DNA from: Camelus ferus
Taxonomy: Eukaryota
Reading direction: 5' to 3'
DNA: 64,000 nucleotides
Assembly (NCBI RefSeq): GCF_009834535.1
Contig: NC_045707.1
Span: forward strand, 14,694,001 to 14,758,000
Both the position numbers and the translations under genes were made by a program. Below are positions 14,590 to 29,944 of the stretch, piece after piece. Within the stretch, counting starts at the first letter, position 1, and every line of letters begins with the position of its first letter. The notes under the pieces were generated by a model, which was given only the letters and a program-made list of their open reading frames with translations, had not been told where the DNA came from and searched no databases.

Positions 14590-14960
14590 TTTTGAAGTCA
14601 CTTCTTAGTCCTTGTCTTTAGTCAGTGATGCCATAGAGCTCTGACTGCCCTTCCAAGCTCTAGACATAACTGCATCCCTGCATACAGGGAATCTCCACCT
14701 GGATGTCTGACCAGCACCTCAAATCAAGACACACAATACTGTTCTCATTCCTCTTTCTCCTTCCATCCCACCTGCAACAATCTAGACTTTGCTCCCAATT
14801 GCCTGTTTCTGTTCATGGTTCTGCTGTCAGCATTTCTCTGATTCTTCTCTCATCTCCCACATCCAACCAGTCCCCTTTGGTTTCTCCCTCCACAGCCTCT
14901 GCAGCCCTCTTTCCATTCCCATGGCTTCCACCCTAATTAACTCTTATTTCTCTCTTCTGG
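14590..14960 (+). mobile_element. L2 remnant
   Basis: atctccacctggatgtctgaccagcacctcaaatcaagac...tctcccacatccaaccagtc. Confidence 0.65.
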
Positions 14961-14984
14961 GTTATTTAAAAAGAAAAAAAAAAA

Positions 14985-15150
14985 AAGTCCCCTCAGCAGG
15001 AGGGAATCTCTGGGGGTGATGAAGTGCTCCATATCTAGGGATGTGGGCTCCATGGGTGTATGCATGTCAGAACTTACCAAACTGCAAAAGATCGGCGCAT
15101 TGCACTGTATGCAAATTATACCGCAAATCTTTCAAAAAGAAAAAAAAAAA
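14985..15150 (+). mobile_element. Old L1 3' end with A tail
   Basis: ctgggggtgatgaagtgctccatatct...gcattgcactgtatgcaaattatacc...poly(A). Confidence 0.7.
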
Positions 15151-15169
15151 ACCAAGCACAAACAAAACT

Positions 15170-15660
15170 ATATTTCCAAATCTCCCTTAAGGTTGGATAA
15201 GGCCATGTGGCTAAATTCTGACCAATAAGACACAGAAGTGTTAGAAATATTGTCCAGGACTTCCGGGAGGCTGCTTAAAGGGAGTTAATTTAGCTAAGAA
15301 GTGTGCCATAGTGCTCCACCTCCTCCCCCAGTCTCCTTCCCTTCCTTCTTTCTGCTGCCTGGAATGTAGATGAGATGAATTACACTCCAGCAGCCACCTG
15401 AGACCATAAGGTGACCATGACGATGGAAGTTACGTGCTAGTATGGTGAAAAAAGAAGTCATCAGAGACTGGTAACTGTAGAGTCACTATACCGGTCCTGG
15501 ATTGCCTACCACCAGACACCTTTTAACTAAGATAGAAATGAGCTTCTATCCTGTTAAAACAAAACAAAAAAATAAGCTCCTAAGCCTCTCCCTACATCAG
15601 CCCATTCTGTACCTTGCTGTTATCTGCTTAGCTTCAGTCATGTTAATTGCCATTAAAAGG
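15170..15660 (+). mobile_element. Old MLT1-type LTR
   Basis: ggccatgtggctaaattctgaccaataaga...ctgctgcctggaatgtagatg...ctccagcagccacct. Confidence 0.6.
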
Positions 15661-16229
15661 CCGGCTGAGGCTCCACACTGCCCCGGGAATTAAATTCAGA
15701 CTACCTGACATGCCAATTGAAAGCTTTCATCCTCTGGTCTTAATCTGCCTTTCCAAAGTTGGCTTTGATACCATTAAAATGAAAGCCTTTTAAAGACAGG
15801 AACCTCATCTTATTTCTATATGCTCATTGCCTAATATGGTGTCTGACATATAGATGCTCCATAAATGTTTATAAAGTGAATCAAATCCCCTTTCTGCTCA
15901 TGGCAATCAGATGAACCTGCATCAAGTGTTTTCATCTCTGTGCGCAGCTCATGTTCTTCCTTCACCTGTCAAGCTCCCTCCAAGCCAAGGTCAAAGATTA
16001 CCTCCTCTGTGAAGTCCGGATTCTCTTAGGTGAAAGTGACTTCTCTTATTTCTGAACTTCAGGCATAAACTCAGGGACTTTATGGTATTTTCCCTTGTGT
16101 TGTGGTTATTTGTGTACGACCTGCTCCTCCCTCCCTCTCAAGAGCCAGCTCTCTGATGGCAAGGACAAGATTGTGATCATACCCGGAGGCCCTTGGATGC
16201 TAGCTGCACAATAGCCTCCATATAACGGT

Positions 16230-17090
16230 TTCTAGACATATATGTTTTTCCTTTGAATAAATATTATACTATGCAATTCTGAGAAACCATTAAAAAGGAA
16301 AAACTAAACTAATATAGAAAACCTCTAAGACAAATGTATATAACTTTAGGTTACAAAAAGCAAGAATAATAGATGTGACATGAGCCCCTTTATATTTTAA
16401 CCCCTCCCCAAACATGCATAGGTATATATATTTAGAAAAGGAACCAGAAGATGCACATCAAATAGCTGAGGGTAGTTACCTTTGGGGACTGAGTGAGCAG
16501 AGGGGAACAAGTTCCACATATTGCTCTGAAGATTTGTGTATTGTTTGGATCTTTTGTAATAATTATTTTGGTTACAAAAATTAATTTTAACATTAAAATA
16601 TCTAATGAATGAACACGATATACAGCAGTACAAGGCAACGTGTGGGAAGTGTTGAAGGAGTTGTGCTAATAGAGCTAAAGGAGCCAGACCAGGAAAAAAG
16701 AAGTCCTTGTGATTAGACAGGTCATGGGCAGATTTGCAGATCTTAAAGGAAAGTGGTATTTCTAAACAAGTGAGAAAGGGTATAAAGGCAGAGGGTTGGA
16801 TAATTGGAAAAAATGAATAGACTAGTTTGGCTAAAGTACAGGATTTAGCCAGAAGAGTAGACAGAGGTAACTGGAGAGGGAAGTAAGAGCTGGTTGTGGA
16901 GAGCCTTGAATGGCAGTGGGAACCCACTGAAAGTTTCTGAGCAAAGGGGTGACCACGCACATTACACTGATGCGTCAGATGATTAGAATGTTGTCATGGA
17001 GGTGGAAGGCTACTATCTTGTTCAGCTCTGAGGCTTCGTTTGGTAATCTGAATGGGAAGTGGTGAGAGGATGGTAGCAGAAAAGGGCAAA
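16230..17090. mobile_element. L1ME 3' fragment (+, to ~16640) followed by L2 (-)
   Basis: L1ME-type AT-rich tail then antisense L2 text (gagagccttgaatggcag...ctgaaagtttctgagcaaagg). Confidence 0.55.
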
Positions 17091-20000
17091 ACTAAGACAA
17101 CAGTATCACCCACAGAGGGCAGCACAAGCCCACTTGGACCCAGGAGGGACCAGGGAGGAAGAAGCTTTCTCCTTGGATCAAGTTAGGAGGAACCGAAGGA
17201 CAGAGAAAGGTGAAATGGTTCTGAGAAAGGGAGGGGAGCTGGCCCAACCCTGACCTGAGGCACAAGTTAATTGGAGGACCACTCCTGGAAAGGCTGCCAC
17301 CTTCAAAGGTGTCTGTGTCAGCCAGCCGGAGAAACTACCATAGACCCCTGACTTCTAAGACCCATGGGGCGCCCACCATGCCCAGCTTGGTTACGGACAA
17401 TGATGTTTAATCATTCATCAAGGCTGAGTGCCTATTATGTGCCAGATAATAAGCAAGGCACTGCTTTTTAAATGGTTTTAATATGTTTAACAGATTGTTA
17501 ATAAATAAAAGCTTGTGAGTCAATATATACAAATCTGGGTTCAAAATCAAATGCCGTATTTTCAGGAGCATGCATACCCTGGCTGACTAGATGTTTTCTT
17601 TTTAGGTATGGTTATACACTCGTAAACAAGAGTGAAACATTACCTCCCTCCCCTACTCTCCCTTTTGGCTGTTTTAGCCAGGGAGGTACCATTCCATCAG
17701 TGCAAGATCTGGCATAAGCAAAACCAGAGAGCCTCTAACTCCTATCTATTATCTAAAGCCAGCATTCCTATATTCAGAACTCAGAAAGAAGCCTGCATCC
17801 AAATTTCTGTGGTTCAAAGCCCCAAGCTAAGCCCTCCAACCCTTAAAAGGCCTTGTATTCAATTCTGTCCTAGGATGGTTCTCCACAATGTATAGGAGGG
17901 GGTGTCAGGTGGAAAAGTTCATTCTCAAACCTCCTGCCTGGCCCAGATTAACTGTGCAGACCTCCTCAGAGACAACTCTCAATGTACCTGCTTTGGAGGA
18001 AGGGTCAGGGGAAGAAAGGTGTGTGGGAAGAACTGGTCAGCTCTGGGCACAGACAGCCAGAGTTCTGGCCCGAGTGTTGTGCTCTCTACTCCACGACATT
18101 CAGCTCAGGAGCCAGATCTGCTCCTAAACTAGAGCCCAGATAGTCTCTTCTGTAGCTGTGGCCACAGTGACACAAACAAGAAGACACTTACCTTCAAGCC
18201 TTGATGGTGAACAGTCCTGACCCAAGTTCCTCACTTCCAGACTTTCAGCGGCACTGTTCCCTTTACCATACTCAAGGCTCAGATTTCCTTAGACCTAACC
18301 CTTTCCTCCCTTTGCCCAGGAACTCAAAATCATCCTTACCCATTCCAGCAACCAGGGCCAGGGAGCTTAATTTGAATGAAAAACCTGCAGAGGAAAAAAA
18401 GGCATCTGGATCCTATCACTCCCCAGTGACCAGCCTGATACTCCATCCCTCCAGTTACCAGCTTAGAAAATAGAGAACTGGAGTTGACCCTTCTACCTCC
18501 ACACCCTTCTGAACTGGAAAAGAGGCTCTTCTTAGTACTATGACTGCCTGCACAAAGACACCACTCCCTGCACCAAGCAGCAGCAAGGGGTATCCCCCTA
18601 CACAATTATTCTCCAACTCTCACTGCCCTATATGGTACACTATGGTTATCCCAAAGGATTCCAGAGCATCCCAGAAATAGATTCACTGGTCTTCTCCTCA
18701 GTACAGAGGTTTGACTCCATTCTTGGCATAGGTCAGGAAACGTAGAAAGTACAAAATAAATACCTGTCAATGCTCTGCTCTGACCAATCTAGGTACTTGG
18801 AACTGGAAGTAATGCAGTGACTCCCTAGAGCCTTCAGACCTTATACCTCTAGTGTGAGAAACTCATACACACTCACACTCATTCTTCCTGTCACTGCCTC
18901 CATCCCACCAGGACCAATCCTTCCACTGGCTTTCTCCAGGCTCATTTTAGAAGCTCCCTTGCCCAGATTATCCTGAAGTGGACCCTAGACCGGGGTCCTC
19001 TGTCAAGCCATAAACAAAGAGCTATTCACATTCTGGGAAGATAAGGTTGCTATTTGTCCTAAGAGCTGGATGCTAAGCATTCACCTTCCAGGTTAACTCT
19101 CCCTTTCATCCCCCATGTCCCTTCTCCCCTGGAAAAAAAAAAAAAAGCTGGAAGGTTTAAGCAACTGCCACAAGAGAGCTCCTTCCACCTCCTTCCTGGC
19201 ATCCTAGGCCGAGTACTTGAGACAGAGGGACTAGGTCATCCTCTTCGCCAAGTTGTTCAGGGGTAAAAAGGCCCCCACCGGCCTGCCATGCAGCTAAAGT
19301 CCTCTCTATTATTACTATCTTATAAGAGGTTGTAACTCTAGAGGTTATCTACTTATTAGTATAAAAATAAAGTACTTGGGAAAGTGCTCCTAACTTATCA
19401 GTAACCTCAGTCACCAAGCAGGACTTTTGAGGAGTCTAGGAGGAGGAAAGCATCACCTGATTTTAACGGGTAAGTGGGTGGCCTGGGAAGCCATGTCCGG
19501 ATGGAGTAGTTTAAGGGTTTCTTAAGAGGAGAAGCACTGGTCCTTAAGGGTGATGGCTTATCTTAACAGCAAGAAAGGGGCTGAAAAGGAAAACTGGCAG
19601 GCGAGGCAGCAGGGAGGTAACTGAATACAAATGGTGCACTTCACACTGATGCTTGGATCTCAAACTTATATGCCTAAATCCTGTCCTTTCCCCACAACAT
19701 CAGGGTGGGAAGACCTCTGTCCTCAAAGCTTAAGAAAGTGGTAAGAGTGGGGAAGGCCTGCCTAGCTCACCCAGACCTCACCTATCCAAGAAAGGGTAGC
19801 ACCACCCCTTTCTTTGCCTGAGTAATGGCAGGAGAGGAATAGAGAAGTAGTGGGAGCAGGATGGGAGGACACAGGCCTGTCTTTTTCCTCAAGACATCTG
19901 TGGAATCTCTGGAAGAGGCTTGGCCTCCTGACAATGGGGAATCACACACCTACAGCAGAGGTGATGCAGGGCCATCAGCTGTAAGGAGGATCAAGTTCAT

Positions 20001-21357
20001 TATACCACCCAGACCTTTACCCTTCATGCTTACTCACTGTCAAAGCCCAGAACTAGATGGGTGAGTAGACTCCAATCTATGCATGAGGGGACCCTGTTCC
20101 AACTAGAAGCACCTGATACACAGAGCTGGGGAGATCCGAGAGTGGAGGCAGTGTGGGGCACTCCAAGTTCAGGGCCCTCTAGCCACTGAAGTCCCTAATG
20201 TCTACCAAAAGGTGATAAATATGGCTAAGCTCAGGGTTAAACCCTTCAGAACTAGAGGGGCAAAGTCATAAAGGCCTCACGCTCCGGTGCCCAACTTACT
20301 AGGCTCCCTCTTGGGGTATGACAGGAAGTAGGAAGCAGTGTGGAGATGAGCCCAAGTTCCTCCACCACCTCACTCTGCCCAGTCAAGGGTACCCTTTACC
20401 CCTCTGCTGAGAGAAGGCGCAACCTGGAGAGAGGGACCAGAAGCAGAACTACCCTCAATATTAAACACTGTCCCATGGCTGCTGCACATCAAGGATGAAG
20501 GTCTGCTCCAAAGCTGCATAAAACAAGTTTAATTTCCAACCAGGGTCACAGTCATCGCGTACCCCACATTTTGAGCAAGGAGAGAGAAGGTGAGTTATAA
20601 ACATGTACAGTCTACATTCCAGAGGAAGGAAAAAAAAGAGAAAAACCAGTTCAGAACTGCAGTTACCACTATAACACCACAAACAAACTTGGAGGGGGGG
20701 GGAATAGGGGGAATCCCCAGGGAGAAGAAAGGCTGGAACAAAGGAAAGCATAAAACTAAACCTACCAGAGGAGAGTAGGGGGAGGGAGTGGGCAGAAATG
20801 GAATGAAATATACAATCCCAAGAGCTTTTAGGTGAATGGGAACGTAGAAAGGGCCGCCCCTGCCAAGGGCCAGCAGCTAGGGATACTATCAAGATCACTT
20901 ACTGCCCCCTGCTGGACAGATCCTCGAGCAGCACCAAGGCAACCTCAAAGGCTGCTTCTTAACACCCTTAGTCCTAAAAACCAAGGTGGGCTTAAAATGA
21001 GAAAAACCTATTTGGGACTGGTATCTAAGGAGGGTCAGAGAGAGAGGGAGGCAGGAGAAGAGGTGAAGTCCTCACCAACCACAGAGATATAGAGTGAGGA
21101 ATCCTACGTAGGAAACCAAGGAGAAAGGAGACAAACAGGCAACAGCAGTTCAATAAGCTGAGAAGGCAAAGGAAAACTTCAGGGAGGGAGAGGCAACAGG
21201 AGCAGGTGCAAAAAAATCTGACAAAATAGAGACAGAGGCAAAGAAAAAGTGTAGAGGGAAGGATCTGTGGGGTCAAGGGAGTGAATGTGGGGTCAGGGGA
21301 GTGAATGCATGTTAAAACGAAATAGAAGCTCCAGCACCCCCCACCCCCCGCCACCAA

Positions 21358-21391
21358 ACACACACACACTCACACACACACACAACACACA
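21358..21391. repeat. Interrupted (CA)n microsatellite, (UG)n in ARF3 mRNA
   Basis: acacacacacactcacacacacacacaacacaca. Confidence 0.9.
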
Positions 21392-22751
21392 AAGGCCTAG
21401 AGAGAAAGAGACCTGCATACACCCACTGCATCTTGGGTAGTAACACATCACTAAGGAGCTGGCACTGAGGGAGACACCCCTGCAACCTCTCTTTCACAGT
21501 TCAATCTGGGGTGGGGTGGGGCGTATTGATCTGCCTTGTTGTAGACAAAGGTGGCAGGAAGCCTGGCCCTATGGGGTGGGGCTTGGGACAGCCTTTCTGG
21601 GAAGGGGTCCCTCAGCCACGTTATAGGGCCCCTGGGCCCTGACCTTAGCGGAAAGGTTATGGATGGCCGTCTTGGAGCTCAGGGCGCAGCCAGCACACAC
21701 AGGAGCCCACAGAAAAGCCACGGCTTCACAGAAACCGCAGAAGTCAGGACCCAGGCCAGGATCTCAGTGACAAGCGCCTCCCACAGACAGAGACGCAGTA
21801 GCAGCAGCTTCTGAACAAATACATAATGGAGGGAGGACTCTGAAGACCACTGCATCCCACCAGCACCAACAACCACTCCAGAGCTCTTTTTCCTCCACTC
21901 CAATGCCCAGATCCCTTTATGAGAGTGGGTGAAGAGAGCAGGGAAAAGCTGTTGGAATAGATGGAGGATGGTCTGAGGGTCTAGAAACAGAACAGAGAAT
22001 TTTCATCCTTCAGCACATCCTGGACAAGAAAAAGAGAACTGAAGAATGTAGGGATTGATACTGAGGTCTGTTATGTCATCCCCCACTCCCCTACTCCACC
22101 ATTAAACCAGCCTGCCAGCTCTGGTCAGGCCAGCAGAACTAACAGGGTGAGGAAACTTCTGACAAAGGACAGGTGAGCCCAGCTCCAAGATCAGAAGTTG
22201 GGGGGGTCGGGAGGGGGGACAAGAAGGCAGGAATAGTACTGATCTGTGTTTCACCTTCTCCTAATAACAAAGAAGGATGAAGATAGAAAACCTGAGGCCC
22301 TCTCCCCAGTGCCCTGGGTCCCAAATACACCCCAAGATCTTGCTATCCCCACCTCCCTCTTCAAGCTCCTGAGGAACAGATCGAAGGATGAGGGGGAGAA
22401 TCAGCTGAACACTCTGAGCTTATAAGAGTGAGTAGGTTCCTCTCTCCTTCCCACTAGCAAGGCAGGGCAGAACGGTATCTCCTTGGGAACAGTCATTTAG
22501 AGATAAATGCCACCCCCTCTGTCCTAAGTGGGGTGGAGAGACAGGTAAAGGAAGATAATAGTGGAAAATCCTTCTGTCCTATGAGCCAGGAAAACTGACC
22601 TGCAAAGAGGAGAGGAACCAGTGCAGGACTGGGGCAGCCTTCCCTCCACCTCCTTCCTTTATCTCACCAACATGGGAGGGGCAGATGATCAGCTAGAGTG
22701 GGCCGTGTGCTGGCTCCAAGCCCTGAGCTGCACTCCACCCCTCCACGGCCC

Positions 22752-22806
22752 CATATATATCTCTCTATACAGGTATATACACGCGCACACATGCACGCAC
22801 ACACAG
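22752..22806. repeat. Mixed alternating purine-pyrimidine tract (TA/CA/CG)
   Basis: catatatatctctctatacaggtatatacacgcgcacacatgcacgcacacacag. Confidence 0.75.
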
Positions 22807-23244
22807 AGAGGCCCGTGCAATTTCCATGTAGAACAGGGAGAGAGCGGCAAAGGAAAGGAAGACAGGGAGTAGGGGAGGAGCCTATGGGAAGAGGGGAGGG
22901 ACTCAGATGCCAGGAGCACAGCAACCAGAGCCAAACGAAGCAAACGGAGAGAATACCCCACCCCACCTCCCAAACCCCAGCGCTTCAGGGGGGACCACCC
23001 CATGAAACCATAACAACCTTGTTTTTGTTTTAAATCCGGTAAATTGGAATGATTCATCATCAGGACAGCAATTGGGGACTGGTCATGGATGAGGGAGGGA
23101 AGGGCAGGGGAGGCAAGGCTCTTGTTGGGCATGCGGACATGACACCCAGGGCCCTGGCCACACTGGCAACAGGAAGGAAAGGATAGGGCTGGGGCAGGGA
23201 GACAGTAGGGGTGGGTGGGGTGGTCAGATCAGGCTGCCTGGTTC

Positions 23245-25674
<2,430 letters not shown>

Positions 25675-25709
25675 TCAGGACCCCTGCTTCCTGCCAGTAA
25701 CCTGCCCAC

Positions 25710-25810
25710 GTGACTTTGGATGAGTTACTTCACCTGTCCTATCTGCACCTGTAACTGGAGGGGATTGAACTAGATGATTTCTAAAGTCCCTTCAGTTCTG
25801 ACATTCTATA
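25710..25810 (+). mobile_element. MIR3/MIR 3' fragment
   Basis: actagatgatttctaaagtcccttcagttctgacattctat terminus. Confidence 0.65.
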
Positions 25811-26269
25811 TTATACCCCAAGGCGTTGAAAGATCATTAATGCCCCTCCCTCCCCCAACTTTACCCAGAGATTTCTGGAAAGGGTGGGAGAGGAGGGAGT
25901 GGAATGAGGAGTGGCTCTTTGTGACTCCTGACAAGGTTCAGGCTTGCCATGTTCCCAAGGTTTATGCTCTCAGCTCTCGTCAAGAGACTCTGCTTCTTCC
26001 CTTCCTGTATTTCTACAATTCTGCTTACTTTTTACATACCAAAATTAATGAGGAAGAAATAAGAAAGCAGCACTCTTAAAAGAGGCTGATCCTTGCCACT
26101 CTGCAAAATGCCGGCTGCTCAAGTCATGCCCCATTCACACATAGCACAGAGAGCTGGGAGGTGGTGCAAGGAGAGGCTACCCCTCATTCCTCAGCCAGGT
26201 GGATCCTAGGACAGCTGCTCCACCTGGTCACCTGCAATGAGGCAGTCATCTCATTCCCTGCTTCTTCTC

Positions 26270-26860
26270 TAACCCCCTTCACTCTATTCTCCACAGAGCA
26301 GTCAGACTGATTTTAAAACCAAAACCAGGTCACGTTGCACCTCTGTTCAAAACCCTCTCTTGGCTTCCTATCTCCGTTTCAGTAAAACCCAAAGCCGTAC
26401 CGTGGCCTACAAAGTCCTGCACAATCTGCATTCCCGGTTCTCACATCAGATCTCCTACTACTCTCCCCTTTGCTTATTCCACTTCAATTCCCCAACACTT
26501 TCCGGCCTCAAAGCTTTCTGTCCTGGCTCCTCACTCTGCCTGGAACGCTCCTCTCCCAGACAGCCTTCGTGGAGCACCCCCTCACTTCCTTTGGGCGTCT
26601 GTTCAACTGTCACTTTATCAAAGAGGCCTTCCATAACCCCCATCACATACACACACCCTGCTCTCTACCCCATTTATCCCACTTTACTTTTCTTCCCAGC
26701 ATTTACACCATCTGACACGTTACATCTAAACACATTACACGTTATTTGTTTCTTGCTGTACTGCTTTTCTCCTCCTCCTCTAATGTCAACTCCTTATCTA
26801 TTTTGTTCCCAGTACCTTGACTCGTGCCTGGCACACAGTAGTTGAACAACTGAACTAACT
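26270..26860 (+). mobile_element. L2a 3' end
   Basis: ttcaaaaccctctcttggcttcc...gcctggaacgctcctctcccaga...gtgcctggcacacagtag. Confidence 0.8.
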
Positions 26861-29800
26861 CCCAGGGCCTCTAGTGGCCTCACTAGCAGCTCACTCAGGT
26901 TAGACACTTATGCCTGGTACGTAACAGGGGGGAAATGAAGGGAGCAGTTAGAACACTGTAAAGGTACAAAATGCCTGTCTGCCCACCCCACCCACCGCCC
27001 CCAAAAGACAGAATCACAGTCGTTCATTCCCTCTCTTCTTGCCTCCCTTCTCTATGGCTCAGCACAGCCACAGAAATGAATCTTTGAAACAATGAAATGG
27101 GGGTTCAGAATCACCCATGCCAGCCAGTTCTCTGTGCCTGTGGGAGACGTGCGTCAGCGGGCAGCTTACTCAACAACCACCATATGCCAGCTGCTGGCAT
27201 TCTCTCTAGAGTCTGGGAACCAGAGATACACACACGCACACCCCAAACCCAGCAGGCGAAGAACAGGTCAAGACAGAGTGCACCCAAACCCAAGAATGTG
27301 AAAGGTGGACAGGGAGGAATCCTATTCACAAGCTAAAGCATGGGGCTTTGGTGGGAGTTTAGTTGTTTTTCCAAAAACTATTTCAGGTTGGTTTGTTTGT
27401 TTTCTTCCTACTCTCTTCAGTTTGCAGCAAATTCCAGACTAGTACAAAGGAGCCAGATCAACAGCCTCTGGAGACCAAAATACTAGTTTGTCCAAAAAAC
27501 AGAAACAATGAGTGCTTATGGAGCGTTTCATCTTCAAAGGCCTCCCCAGACATCCACTAATGAGCCAGGCGCAGTGCAGTGCTCCGGGTAGGTTCCGCAG
27601 ATGAGCCCTGCCCCTTACCCAGAGAGCTCACGCCCCGGGGGAGGGCCTGGCTCAACTTAAGGGCTTGACTTCAGCCAAGTCACCCAGTGGCCATCCTCCC
27701 TGCCCATCCTGCCTCAACCACCCAGGCAGACAGATTCCTGAGGATTCCTGAGGCAGGAGGGGAGATAAGATCCCACCAACCTTGGCAATCTGTGATAGGC
27801 AGTCTTCAGATTCTGCTGCCACCACTTCCAGAAATGTAAATCCTCCCCAGGTCTTCCTAGTTTTTATCTTGTCTCCTGCTCAGGTGTCCTTTCCTTCAGC
27901 TCCAGATAACACTTTAAAGCTTAGGTAATAGGCTTTGGCCCAGATTCTGAACTGAATTTATACCACACATTTATCTTGCTGTCCTTCATGACTGGAAGTA
28001 TTGCTGATTAAATGATTACCAACTGTGAGCAGAACAGTGGCTGAAAGATATCCCTTGTCCCAGAACATGCATACACCGTCCTTTGGTTTGCTTCTTTGCT
28101 ATCATGCTAAAGTCCTGGTTCAAAAGCTGATCCCAATGTTACACTTATTTCTATTTCCTGACATACTAGACAAGAGCCCCTGAATTATCTGAACCACTCA
28201 AGTGGCACTGACTATGTTGTGAAGTATTTTTTCCTCTTTTATAAGCCTGCACCTTTACTGTCTCCCCAATGTAACTGTGTATTTGCCATGGGCAAGGACT
28301 ATGCCTTTTATTTATTTTGGATCTGTCCTTGCTCCCAGTGCCAAGTCCACTATAGGAGTTCAATCAAGCACACTGGCTGATTTAAGCATCATCTGAGGAT
28401 ATCCTTCTATCACTTCTTCTGTCCTAGCAGTACTTGTTATCTCCGTGTTACACACAGATGGTTGTTTAGATATCCTGTCAATTCTTCACCATTTTCCACA
28501 CATACTGACCCCAAAACTGGTTTGGGAAAACTATGAAAGGACTAGAAGACTAAAACTGGTAGAATTTTCTCTTCCCACTTAATATGCAATGGGGTTGATA
28601 ACTAATGAAATATCCAAGCAGTTACCACGTGTCCTCCGTGGCAGCCCAGGGCCTTGAAATTAATGAACATATGACTCCTCTTTAATGTAATCAGGAGCTT
28701 GACTCAAATGAACATTCCAAAGAGGGTGTTGGATTCCCTGTCTTGGCCTTCTCTGTCCCTGCCTATTTCCAGATAGCATGCTGCCCCTACCACCAGGATG
28801 GTGGCAATTTTCAGCTTTGTGCCATGAACACATATCTTTGGCTATACAGCCAATTCTCACTTCCACTATTCATCTACTCCTAGAAAAAGCTCTGNNNNNN
28901 NNNNNNNNNNNNNNNNNNNNNNNNNNNNNNNNNNNNNNNNNNNNNNNNNNNNNNNNNNNNNNNNNNNNNNNNNNNNNNNNNNNNNNNNNNNNNNNNNNNN
29001 NNNNNNNNNNNNNNNNNNNNNNNNNNNNNNNNNNNNNNNNNNATAGTCTACGGTTATTCTTTTTTGCCACAGATGGCATTCCCATGTCAATAGGGCAAAA
29101 TGCCAGGGTTCCATGGACTGGAAGAAACCAGGAATCAGGAGTTAAAACTGAAGGTGAGTGGCTCAGGATGAAAAATGGAATACAGTAGTATCTCTATTAA
29201 CAAAGAGGGTATCTCAACATTCTATTTTACAGTTACAAACTCTTTTATCACTGGTAAAAATAACTACAGGAGCTCTAAAAATGTGCTCTAGTACAATCCG
29301 TGTGGGACACTGCAGGCGTTCCATCAAGCTCATTGGCTGATTTAAGCCTCACCTGAGGATGTCCTCACTGACAACCACTTACTGCCTCCAACCCCTCCCT
29401 CCCACCCACCCCTGGAGAGGCAGGCTGTTGCTGTTGCTGTCACTGACTGCCCGGTCATCTTGATTTAAGGTATGCCTGCCTTACCCTTCAGGTGATTCTG
29501 GGACGTCTGCCACACACACTCCCCACTCCTGATTCGGGCATGTGTCCTGAGGCACCTCTGAGGGGACTCCTGATCCAGTACCTCCTCTTCAGGCTGCATG
29601 GGTCCAGGAAAAGGAAGACCAGAGTCTCCCAAATACTCTGCTGCCAGGCAGGGTGCACTAAAAGCAGCTTTATTCCCAGATAATTTTCAAATTGAGAGGT
29701 CACTAATAGAGATGATATTTTTAGCACAGCCAGTGGAGCAGACCAATAAAATTTAAGGAAACCAAAGCAGGGTCTGCCTGTATTTAGTTTCCTTAGTGCA

Positions 29801-29944
29801 TCTGGTTGTGACCTCTGTAAACTTTCCAAGTTTTTGTCTCAAGAGCACTGTAATCAGCACACAACAACTCCTAAATCAGTATCTCAATGTCTTCTATTGG
29901 ACTCCAAGATCTCCCAAAGCCAAGAAACAGCTTCTGATGTCAGC

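Larger units (their letters stand above)
20510..23244 (-). other. ARF3: ARF3 3'UTR (~2.7 kb), polyA signal ATTAAA at 20528-20533
   Basis: Repeat-free, pyrimidine-rich (mRNA sense) stretch after the stop, ending at a minus-strand ATTAAA; the length agrees with the long human ARF3 UTR as recalled. Confidence 0.6.

Noticed and set aside
22009-22028. REST/RE1-like TTCAGCACATCCTGGACAAG in the ARF3 3'UTR
   Set aside because: Half-site spacing is wrong and the right half is degenerate.
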